Positions 47,470-54,824 of a stretch of 54,824 nt of DNA are shown here, in pieces (position 1 is the first letter of the stretch; the number at the start of each line of letters is the position of its first letter). This DNA is from a virus (lineage: Duplodnaviria; Caudoviricetes): the IMG/VR virus record IMGVR_UViG_3300032240_002260, positions 1 to 54,824 of that record. One strand, given 5' to 3'. Position numbers and translations under genes: made by a program. Below the pieces are notes generated by a model. It saw nothing but the letters and a program-made list of their open reading frames with translations, was not told where the DNA came from and searched no databases.

Positions 47470-47696
47470 AAAAAATATTTGAATGGATTGAGGAAGATAA
47501 AATTTCTGAACTAGTAGAAATTAAAGAGTGGTTCTTAATGGAAGAAGAGAAGATAGTAGAGAATGCAATCCTATACGCATTAGACGCAGACGGCCACACA
47601 GGAGAATGGAAATTAAAGTTTGCACAAGATTATATTGACAGAGTAATTAGAAAGAATCCAAACAAACAACAAAAGAAATACTTCGGAAACTTATAA
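47448..47696 (+). CDS. Hypothetical protein
   Basis: 82 aa ORF. Confidence 0.6.
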   Translation: MENQTPVEKIFEWIEEDKISELVEIKEWFLMEEEKIVENAILYALDADGHTGEWKLKFAQDYIDRVIRKNPNKQQKKYFGNL

Positions 47697-47705
47697 AAAA
47701 TAACC

Positions 47706-48110
47706 ATGTTAAAAATAGATAAGAAGACTATTATAAGGTTTACAATTATATGCGCCCTATTAACTCAGATATCGCATGCAGCTAGTTTATTCTTTCTTAT
47801 AGGTGGAGAAGACACTACATTTGCAATAGTTATGAGTTGGATATTTGCTGTTAGTTTAGAGTCTAGTATATACATCTTTACTATGTACGGCAAAAGAAAT
47901 ACAGCAATATTTTTTGGATTAATTTCTTGGGCTATTAATATACTATACTATTGGTTCGAAGTGGGATTCACACAGAAGTTTGTAGCCATGAATATAATAA
48001 GTCCTATAATTCCAATTACGATATATTATTATTCTGAACTTATACAGCAAGAGAAGAGGGTAAGAATAAGAAACACTAAAAAAAATACAAAATATTTTGG
48101 TACTCTATAA
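47706..48110 (+). CDS. Multi-TM membrane protein
   Basis: About four hydrophobic helices, basic tail. Confidence 0.7.
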   Translation: MLKIDKKTIIRFTIICALLTQISHAASLFFLIGGEDTTFAIVMSWIFAVSLESSIYIFTMYGKRNTAIFFGLISWAINILYYWFEVGFTQKFVAMNIISPIIPITIYYYSELIQQEKRVRIRNTKKNTKYFGTL

Positions 48111-48119
48111 AATCATTAT

Positions 48120-48326
48120 ATGAATCCAAAAGAAAGAGCTTTATTTATAAGACAGAAGTACGGTGAAAAAGCAGAAGATGTAGTCTCAGATGTTTTAAGC
48201 CATCTAGATAAAAATGATCCTGATGTCAAGTATTGGGAACAAGTAAAGAAAGAACTGTCTACCCAACCACTACCTGCTGAACCTACAGTTCACTATCTGA
48301 GTGAGTTTATAAGAATAATCATGTAA
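48120..48326 (+). CDS. Small protein, divergent member of the MTxQEKAKE family
   Basis: MNPKERA...YWEQVKKEL. Confidence 0.6.
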   Translation: MNPKERALFIRQKYGEKAEDVVSDVLSHLDKNDPDVKYWEQVKKELSTQPLPAEPTVHYLSEFIRIIM

Positions 48327-48336
48327 AAAATAAAGT

Positions 48337-48621
48337 ATGAATATAAAGAAACTAATTGCTAAATGGCTCAAGATCACAGAGGCCGATGTTATAGCTAATA
48401 ACTTGGATTACATACCTAAAAAGTTTGGTGAATCAAGATCAGTTGAGTACGAATTTAAAGGATTGGCTGATGTGTTCTGTAAAGTAACCAAATGGTCTAA
48501 TGGTGAAGGATACGACATCAGCTTTGAAACAGACAAGCTTAGTAAGAGAATAGAACTGCACGTTGAAGAATTAGATACCTTATTCTATTGTTTGAACGAT
48601 CTAAAACATTTTGATCTATGA
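48337..48621 (+). CDS. Hypothetical protein
   Basis: VTKWSNGEGYDI. Confidence 0.65.
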   Translation: MNIKKLIAKWLKITEADVIANNLDYIPKKFGESRSVEYEFKGLADVFCKVTKWSNGEGYDISFETDKLSKRIELHVEELDTLFYCLNDLKHFDL

Positions 48622-48833
48622 CACCACAAGAGAAAGCTAAAGAAATATTTGATCGAATGTACGAAGCAATCCCTGCACATCCTGAAGGCGGAAGTATTGA
48701 ATATGACGCTGCAAAAGAATGTGCCTTAATAGCTGTGGATGAGATATTAGAGGATAGAAAGCAAATAGACGGAATGAGAGTAATAAATGATCCATATTGG
48801 TTGGAAGTGAAAAACGAAATAGAGAAATTGTGA
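48618..48833 (+). CDS. MTxQEKAKE family small protein
   Basis: MTPQEKAKE...CALIAVDEI...YWLEVKNEIEKL. Confidence 0.75.
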   Translation: MTPQEKAKEIFDRMYEAIPAHPEGGSIEYDAAKECALIAVDEILEDRKQIDGMRVINDPYWLEVKNEIEKL

Positions 48834-48917
48834 TAATAAAGTAAAAAGTGAAGTAATTATTCGATATATCTTAGAGCAAATATATTTATATAATATTATT
48901 TGATCAATTAATAAGGT

Positions 48918-51143
48918 ATGACAAAACTTAGTTACTTTGTTCTTGGATTGTTTCTATTGTTTCTATCTCCAATTTACAGTCAAACAATTCGATACGCAAC
49001 ATCACAGGATACACTGACAATTAAAAATGCAAAAGTAGGAGATTTATTAATTACAGGTGGAACTGAAATCTCAAATGGTTTACCTGCTATATTAATAAGA
49101 CCAGATGCAAGCTGGATAGTAGACCCAGGAAAAAAAATTTTAATTAAAGGAGGAGTATACGATTGGATTGAAATCGATAACAGTTCTTCCGGCACAAGCG
49201 GATCTCCTATAGTTATTACAAATTATGATGGGCAAGTTGAAACTAAGCAATTAACACTCAAAGGTTTAAAATATTTCAAGTTGACTGGTAAGTATGATTC
49301 TGTGGCAAAGACGGGCGACAAGAATTATCCTGGTCATGCTGCAGGATATGCATGGAGTCAGGGGAAGTACGGTATTTTCATTAATAGAAAATGGACAAAT
49401 CAAAATACCCAACTATTAGAAATCCAATCAACCATTATTGGAGGCACTACCTACAGATCTGATAATTATGAAGTGGAATATATCGAATCTGGAAATGGTG
49501 GGTACACCAATTCCTTTAAGTGGGATAGTAATACTGATTATGCTATCTTAAAAAATATTAAAATTCATGATTGTTATTTCCATGATACTGGAGGTGAAGG
49601 TATTTACATGGGATATTCTGAAAATGCTCCGCATTATGAATTGTTTGAAGGATTACAAGTATATAACAACAGATTTATAAGGTGTGGTAGAGAAGGTATG
49701 CAGATCAAAAGGTTTATTAAAGGCACCAACATATATAATAATGTTTCTGTGAATACAGGTATGGCATGCTGGGATAGTCAAGACTATTCAACTGTTCTTT
49801 GGACAATAGATGGAAATACATCAGTTAATAACAACCTCTACTATGGTAATTCAGGCTTTGCGTCTGTTCAATATTATGGATCAAATGATATGGACTATGT
49901 TCCATTAGGAGGCGTTGCAAGTTTCACCAATAATGTAATACTATACATGGGTGTCAATGGTGTTATATATAATGGAGCTTATGGTTTACATTTGGAAATG
50001 AACCACTCAAATAATACAGGAGCTAACAACATCGCACCAGCTTCAATGGCAATAAATAATAACTATTGGGGATTTGTTAATACTGGTAGAGGCGAAAATT
50101 ATACAGTGGTTAATGATACATATTATCCTAGTATTTCTTCTCCATTAGTATCTACAGGTAATACATACGACAATACTGGTAACACAAAAACAGGATTTTG
50201 GCAAACTGGACAGTCGACGTCTCCAACAACAAATACAGGAAACTCATTAGGCACTGTTAATGATGCTTCTTTTGTTAACATGAACTACGGAACAGGATTT
50301 GACTACCATAAATTTAATTTCTGGAGTGCTCCGACATCTAATAGCACAAACAGTTATTCAGTAGGTTGGTACGTTTCTTACAAATCAAAAATCTATAAAG
50401 CAATTAATATAACACCTGCAACAAATATAGAACCTGAAGTAACTCCAGGATGGCAATCTTACTGGCAACTACAAACTTATAATGGAGGAACTTCATTCTT
50501 CCCAGCTGATGATGTAAGACTTGTTGAAGGTAGTTTTTATAAGCTTCTTAATTGTGGATTATTGGATCAAGCTCCAAATACACCACTTCCTGTAACTCTA
50601 ACCAACTTCTCTGCAAAAGCAGGTATAAACAATACAGTAAACTTATCATGGTCTACTGCATCAGAAATATTAAATAAAGGATTTAATACTCAAAGGCAAG
50701 TAAGTGGAACAAACGGAAAGTTCGAAACAATTAGATTTATTCCTTCAAAAGCTCAGAATGGTAATAGTAATATTCCTTTATACTATAGCTTTGTAGATAT
50801 ATCACCTATAAAAAATGCAACGAACTACTACCGTTTAGCACAAGTTGATCTGGATGGCAAAACAACCTACAGCGATGTTAAATGGGTACGCATCGGTGGT
50901 GAAACAGCAACCATGGTGTATCCAAACCCAAGCAGTGGAGTGGTGAATATTTCACGATCAGCTAATGCAAGCAAAATGAATGTTCAGATTTTGGATATGA
51001 GTGGCAGAATGGTACAGCAGTATAATAACATTACAAAATCAAACCTCACTATTAAAATTAATTTTTATGGGGTATATAACATAAAACTTTTGTATCCTGA
51101 AACTATGGAACAAACAATTCAAAAGATTATTATTCAAAAATAG
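48918..51143 (+). CDS. Secreted right-handed beta-helix protein with T9SS C-terminal sorting domain
   Basis: Signal peptide; beta-helix repeats (IHDCYFHDTGGEGIYMG, VYNNRF..GREG.Q); PLPVTL..F.A..W.TASE..YYRL.QVD.DG and VYPNP CTD ending QKIIIQK. Confidence 0.85.
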   Translation: MTKLSYFVLGLFLLFLSPIYSQTIRYATSQDTLTIKNAKVGDLLITGGTEISNGLPAILIRPDASWIVDPGKKILIKGGVYDWIEIDNSSSGTSGSPIVITNYDGQVETKQLTLKGLKYFKLTGKYDSVAKTGDKNYPGHAAGYAWSQGKYGIFINRKWTNQNTQLLEIQSTIIGGTTYRSDNYEVEYIESGNGGYTNSFKWDSNTDYAILKNIKIHDCYFHDTGGEGIYMGYSENAPHYELFEGLQVYNNRFIRCGREGMQIKRFIKGTNIYNNVSVNTGMACWDSQDYSTVLWTIDGNTSVNNNLYYGNSGFASVQYYGSNDMDYVPLGGVASFTNNVILYMGVNGVIYNGAYGLHLEMNHSNNTGANNIAPASMAINNNYWGFVNTGRGENYTVVNDTYYPSISSPLVSTGNTYDNTGNTKTGFWQTGQSTSPTTNTGNSLGTVNDASFVNMNYGTGFDYHKFNFWSAPTSNSTNSYSVGWYVSYKSKIYKAINITPATNIEPEVTPGWQSYWQLQTYNGGTSFFPADDVRLVEGSFYKLLNCGLLDQAPNTPLPVTLTNFSAKAGINNTVNLSWSTASEILNKGFNTQRQVSGTNGKFETIRFIPSKAQNGNSNIPLYYSFVDISPIKNATNYYRLAQVDLDGKTTYSDVKWVRIGGETATMVYPNPSSGVVNISRSANASKMNVQILDMSGRMVQQYNNITKSNLTIKINFYGVYNIKLLYPETMEQTIQKIIIQK

Positions 51144-51150
51144 ATAAGTT

Positions 51151-51348
51151 ATGACAGAACAAGAATTCAAAAAACTAGAAGATCTAATCAATCAAAGACT
51201 AGATAGAATAGAAGCAAAATTAAATAAGACAGAGATCTTATGTGACACTATAATGGTAGAAATAGAGAAGTACTATAGCGCAAAAAAAACGTGGTACACT
51301 TATAAAAAAGACGAAGAATTAGTTCCTTCTTCCGGTAGGCCGTGTTAA
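51151..51348 (+). CDS. Small coiled-coil protein
   Basis: 65 aa, AAGTTATG start. Confidence 0.55.
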   Translation: MTEQEFKKLEDLINQRLDRIEAKLNKTEILCDTIMVEIEKYYSAKKTWYTYKKDEELVPSSGRPC

Positions 51349-51425
51349 TAGATTAAGTACTTCACTTAAAACGTGGACTTTTCGTTTGCCCTAAAATTTT
51401 GTATATTTACATAAATGCAAAAAAC

Positions 51426-51818
51426 ATGACAAGGATAAACCTCTCGATACCTCCGAAAGAACTAGTCAACATGCACTTACTTGCAGAACACAGAGAAATG
51501 AAAAGAATCCCAAACCAAGTAAGTAAAGGTAAATACAATATAAAAAATGTACCTAAGGAATTTACTTTAGGAAAAGGGCACGTAGCTTTCTTTTATACTA
51601 AGTTACTATATTTAAAAAAGAGGTACGAAGAGGTATATAAAGAATGTCTTGAAAGAGGATTCAACATCCAATATTATGGAGGAGCATGGGATAATATACC
51701 AATGAGCTTGATGAATGACTACGAGCCGACTAAGAAGGACGAAGAGATTATAAGACAGAGAATTAAAGAAAAATTAGATCTATATGACAGTAAGAGAATT
51801 AATAGAAAAGCTAAATAA
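51426..51818 (+). CDS. denV: Pyrimidine-dimer DNA glycosylase/endonuclease V
   Basis: MTRIN...HLLAEHRE, FTLGKGHV.FFY.KL.YL..RY....EC..RGF. Confidence 0.93.
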   Translation: MTRINLSIPPKELVNMHLLAEHREMKRIPNQVSKGKYNIKNVPKEFTLGKGHVAFFYTKLLYLKKRYEEVYKECLERGFNIQYYGGAWDNIPMSLMNDYEPTKKDEEIIRQRIKEKLDLYDSKRINRKAK

Positions 51819-52014
51819 GATAGAAGATAAAGAACTTCTAGTATTTGTGAATGGATATGAAGGAGGACTTGATGATGCAGAATTAGGAACCGAGGTGTGG
51901 AGTGTTTTAATGAATTACAACAAGGATTGGTACTATGGAAAACATCAGAGGTTAATGAATGACATAGAATCAGAAGGTTATGAAGTAAAAGAAGGAATTA
52001 TAATTTATGGGTAA
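51784..52014 (+). CDS. Hypothetical phage protein (MTVRELIEKL...GYEGG)
   Basis: 76 aa ORF. Confidence 0.65.
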   Translation: MTVRELIEKLNKIEDKELLVFVNGYEGGLDDAELGTEVWSVLMNYNKDWYYGKHQRLMNDIESEGYEVKEGIIIYG

Positions 52015-52035
52015 TATTTATTATAAAGATAGTAA

Positions 52036-52629
52036 ATGAAGTTAATTAAGATACTAGAGGAAATAATAACAGAGATAGGAGACGCAGAAGGAAAGAAGCC
52101 ATACACAATATCGCCTCGTAAATCCAAAGATAATACTATTATCGAATATAAATTCCAATCAGATAATGGTGCAAAGTATAAAGCATATGTACTTAAGAAT
52201 ATGTGGAATGAAAAATATGGTGACTCATCTTCACCTCTTCTAGCAAACTATGATGTATTATTCGGTAAGGTATCTAAAGCAGCAGGGGGGATTAATTTCG
52301 ATGTATCAAGTAAGGACAAGAGGCACAAGTTCGGGGACATATTTAGAGTCATGGCAACCATGATTGAGATTGTTAATCAAGAAATAGAACATGATCTCTC
52401 AAACGGCATAAAACCAACGATCATAACTATATCACCTTCAAAGAGAAGAGATAAGTCTGGTGATAAAGATATGAGTGATATGAGACGTGCTAACCTCTAC
52501 CTAGCCTATGTAAAAGAACACATGCCTCCAGGCAGTACAGTAGAAATGGATAAGGACGGTCAAGAAATAGCTATAGAGTTACCAGAAAATATAAAAGTAA
52601 AGAGAAAAAGCCAAGATAAAGAACAATGA
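52036..52629 (+). CDS. Hypothetical protein, MKLIKILE N-terminal family
   Basis: Shares N-terminus with 52626; RRANLY motif. Confidence 0.7.
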   Translation: MKLIKILEEIITEIGDAEGKKPYTISPRKSKDNTIIEYKFQSDNGAKYKAYVLKNMWNEKYGDSSSPLLANYDVLFGKVSKAAGGINFDVSSKDKRHKFGDIFRVMATMIEIVNQEIEHDLSNGIKPTIITISPSKRRDKSGDKDMSDMRRANLYLAYVKEHMPPGSTVEMDKDGQEIAIELPENIKVKRKSQDKEQ

Positions 52630-53192
52630 AATTAATCAAGATACTAGAGCAAGTATTAAAAGAAAACCTATTACAATTCTATCACGGTTCAACAGATAAG
52701 GATCTAGCAGGTAAGAATGGAATTCATGTAGGATCTAAACTTGCTGCCACTCAAGCACTCCAAGCAAGAATAGGAGTTCCTGCTGAAGGTGAATGGGATG
52801 GTACAAGAGAATACGGTAAGACTAAACTAGCAGGAAAGAAAACCTTAGATAGAAGAGAAAAGGAATTAGGATATTTCTTAAAATCAGGATATAATGTTCA
52901 ATCTGAAGTACCTGAAGAAGATTATTACCCTGAAGACAGAGATAAATTGCCAACTTATTCGGATGGTACACATATAAGTTTAGACTCTAAACCTATAATA
53001 TTTCCTGTGAAGATCAAAGGACCGATGAATAATACCGTAAGAAACCCGAAGACAGATATGGCAGCAAACTCACTCATGATGAGAGGACTAAGGAAAGGTA
53101 ATGCAAAAAATGGATACTACTACGTAAATGATGCAGAGGATGCAGGATCGATAAGTGCGGTCGTCCCCAATAAAGATTGGCTGCAATATTAA
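52626..53192 (+). CDS. MKLIKILE-family protein, possible ADP-ribosyltransferase fold
   Basis: FYHGS, GIHVGS..AA, Y.N..ED.GS.S. Confidence 0.5.
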   Translation: MKLIKILEQVLKENLLQFYHGSTDKDLAGKNGIHVGSKLAATQALQARIGVPAEGEWDGTREYGKTKLAGKKTLDRREKELGYFLKSGYNVQSEVPEEDYYPEDRDKLPTYSDGTHISLDSKPIIFPVKIKGPMNNTVRNPKTDMAANSLMMRGLRKGNAKNGYYYVNDAEDAGSISAVVPNKDWLQY

Positions 53193-53196
53193 AAGT

Positions 53197-53230
53197 AAAA
53201 AGAGGATTCACTAAAAACGAATCTTTTTTT
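53197..53230 (+). terminator. Rho-independent terminator
   Basis: AGAGGATTC-loop-GAATCTTTT hairpin with T-run. Confidence 0.6.
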
Positions 53231-53273
53231 ATTTAAATGGATTGGTGTATATTTACCTAAACAAATAAAAGTT

Positions 53274-53390
53274 ATGAGATACAAAACCAAAGACCCACTC
53301 TATACAACAGTAGTTGTATTCTCTAGTATAGTAATCATCCTAAATGTAATAGCACTAGTCTTAAAAGTAGTAATGAACATTTCAAAATAA
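53274..53390 (+). CDS. Small membrane protein (38 aa)
   Basis: ATAAAAGTTATG start after the TATATTTAC box; single TM. Confidence 0.5.
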   Translation: MRYKTKDPLYTTVVVFSSIVIILNVIALVLKVVMNISK

Positions 53391-53395
53391 AAGTT

Positions 53396-53878
53396 ATGGC
53401 AGTAATAGATTTGCTAAAAAAAGAACTCGAAGATTACGGTGATAGTTCTCTTCTATCATTAGATTGGGAAACTTTTGATGAATTAGTTGAACAAGCCAAA
53501 GAACTGGAAAGAGCCCAAAGAATTAAAGACTACAACGCAGGATATGAAGATGCTCAGTGTAATCATGTAAATGATGCTGAGAACTACGTCAACGAATCTG
53601 AGTACATACAGGAACTCCATCATCATATGCTTTCATTAAGAATAGAAAAACGCAAATCAGTTATGACAGCACAAGAGAAAGCCAAAGAATTAGTTGATCA
53701 TTTCATGGATCTAAGCGAAGAGCAAGAGTATAATACGCCAAGGTATATGACTAAAGAAATGGCTATAAAGTGTGCACTAATATCAGTAAATGAGATAAAG
53801 ACTTTATTGTATAACTCAGATAGTATGAATCAATATGATTATTGGTATGAAGTAAAACAAGAATTGGAAAAAATATGA
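53396..53878 (+). CDS. Fusion ORF; C-terminal 71 aa (from ATG 53663) is an MTxQEKAKE family protein
   Basis: Internal CAGTTATG start; MTAQEKAKE...CALISVNEI...YWYEVKQELEKI. Confidence 0.7.
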   Translation: MAVIDLLKKELEDYGDSSLLSLDWETFDELVEQAKELERAQRIKDYNAGYEDAQCNHVNDAENYVNESEYIQELHHHMLSLRIEKRKSVMTAQEKAKELVDHFMDLSEEQEYNTPRYMTKEMAIKCALISVNEIKTLLYNSDSMNQYDYWYEVKQELEKI

Positions 53879-54090
53879 CAGCACAAGAGAAAGCAAAGGA
53901 GTTATACTCTAAATTCTATCCATACGTGGATGACTACATTCTTCCTGAAGTAGCAGCAAAGGAGCTGTGTATAATAGCAATAGAAGAAATGATAAGGATA
54001 GCACCATGGGGAGGAGATAACGATGTACAGATAGAAGACGGCTCTAAAGAGTTTTATACGAATGTAAAAACAGAAATAGAAAAACTGTAA
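53875..54090 (+). CDS. MTxQEKAKE family small protein
   Basis: MTAQEKAKEL...CIIAIEEMI...VKTEIEKL. Confidence 0.75.
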   Translation: MTAQEKAKELYSKFYPYVDDYILPEVAAKELCIIAIEEMIRIAPWGGDNDVQIEDGSKEFYTNVKTEIEKL

Positions 54091-54126
54091 CAAAGAAAGA
54101 AAGAAAGTAATATATAAAATCCAGTA

Positions 54127-54321
54127 ATGAATAAGAATAATAATCCAGACCCACACCCAAAAATATATATAGCCTTAGATAAAGCAGAGATAAAAGAATT
54201 AAAACAAAGAGCAAGAAATTATATAAAGGAAAATAAAACAGAAAGAGCAGAAGGTATATTAGAATCTATAGAATGGATAACAGATCATGATATATACACA
54301 AGACCTTGGTCAACCAAATAA
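54127..54321 (+). CDS. Hypothetical protein
   Basis: 64 aa ORF. Confidence 0.55.
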   Translation: MNKNNNPDPHPKIYIALDKAEIKELKQRARNYIKENKTERAEGILESIEWITDHDIYTRPWSTK

Positions 54322-54495
54322 GATCCTATAGATAGAAATAAGACTCTTTATACAAATATCCAAATATATATAGATAAAAATAGAGTGTACTTAAAAATAA
54401 GAATATAGGGATATACTAATATATGTATTGTTTGTGTTAGAAAAACCAAAGGGAATAGAATCCAATAACCTGGGCCGTGTCCTGCCCGCGGCATC

Positions 54496-54520
54496 TAAGT
54501 GATTGATTTCCAATAAGTTA
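54496..54520. repeat. 25-bp imperfect palindrome (family copy 4)
   Basis: TAAGTGATTGATTTCCAATAAGTTA. Confidence 0.65.
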
Positions 54521-54762
54521 CAGATTATAAATAAAAATATACATAAAGGGTTGACTCTCAATAAAAACTTTTGAAAATAGTTAGCCAAATATTTCTCCAT
54601 GTCACAGGATTGTCTTACTTTTACTATGTAACAAATCAATAATGACTATGAGTATGATTACAAACAGTATTGTGCAGTGAAGGCTAGGACATGGGCAAGT
54701 AAGTTATTCGTAATGAATGCCTAATCCTATATAAAGTAAAGCTTTAAGTAAAACGTTTTACC

Positions 54763-54824
54763 TAAACAAAAGCTTTATATAGAAATGCCCTGCAGAATAT
54801 CTACTTAAACAAAAGCTTTATATA
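54763..54824 (+). repeat. 19-bp direct repeat TAAACAAAAGCTTTATATA x2 (may continue past window)
   Basis: Exact copies at 54763-54781 and 54806-54824. Confidence 0.75.

Noticed and set aside
172-54639. All minus-strand ORFs and short nested plus-strand ORFs in the track (e.g. 448, 6686, 15588, 16381, 40244)
   Set aside because: They are shadows of well-supported + strand genes or RNAs, with no motifs or start context
54763-54824. CRISPR array
   Set aside because: Only two 19-bp copies with a 24-nt gap are visible; too short and too few to call
1-54824. Stop-codon reassignment (alternative genetic code)
   Set aside because: Long genes are intact in code 11, and TAG and TGA both end genes at tight junctions (e.g. 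20305, 7789)

Overview
This window is an AT-rich, gene-dense segment coded entirely on the + strand, most consistent with a large (jumbo-type) lytic dsDNA phage of Bacteroidota. Host clues are TAnnTTTG -7 promoter boxes, SD-less starts, a tmRNA tag ending YALAA and a T9SS cargo gene of Chitinophagaceae style. From left to right: (1) nucleotide metabolism (dCMP deaminase, a dCMP-hydroxymethylase-type thymidylate synthase homologue, canonical ThyA); (2) secreted nuclease, thioredoxin, and a GH19 endolysin/holin/spanin-like cassette; (3) a GT2 plus LpxH-like pair; (4) tmRNA and an island of aberrant tRNA-like RNAs; (5) a PD-(D/E)XK nuclease; (6) a ~20 kb glycosylation locus; (7) repeat-headed early-gene cassettes of small ORFs, a T9SS substrate, denV and small paralogous families. 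The best candidate for an undescribed system lies in the glycosylation locus. It encodes RmlB, an E1-type 3-dehydrase, a YerE-like ThDP enzyme, DmpF, DmpG and an SDR reductase. Together these look like a phage pathway that runs a meta-cleavage aldolase/dehydrogenase in reverse to build a C10 acyl-branched (erwiniose-like) sugar for a cytoplasmic target such as the virion or DNA. All calls come from motif reading by eye; no database searches were run.
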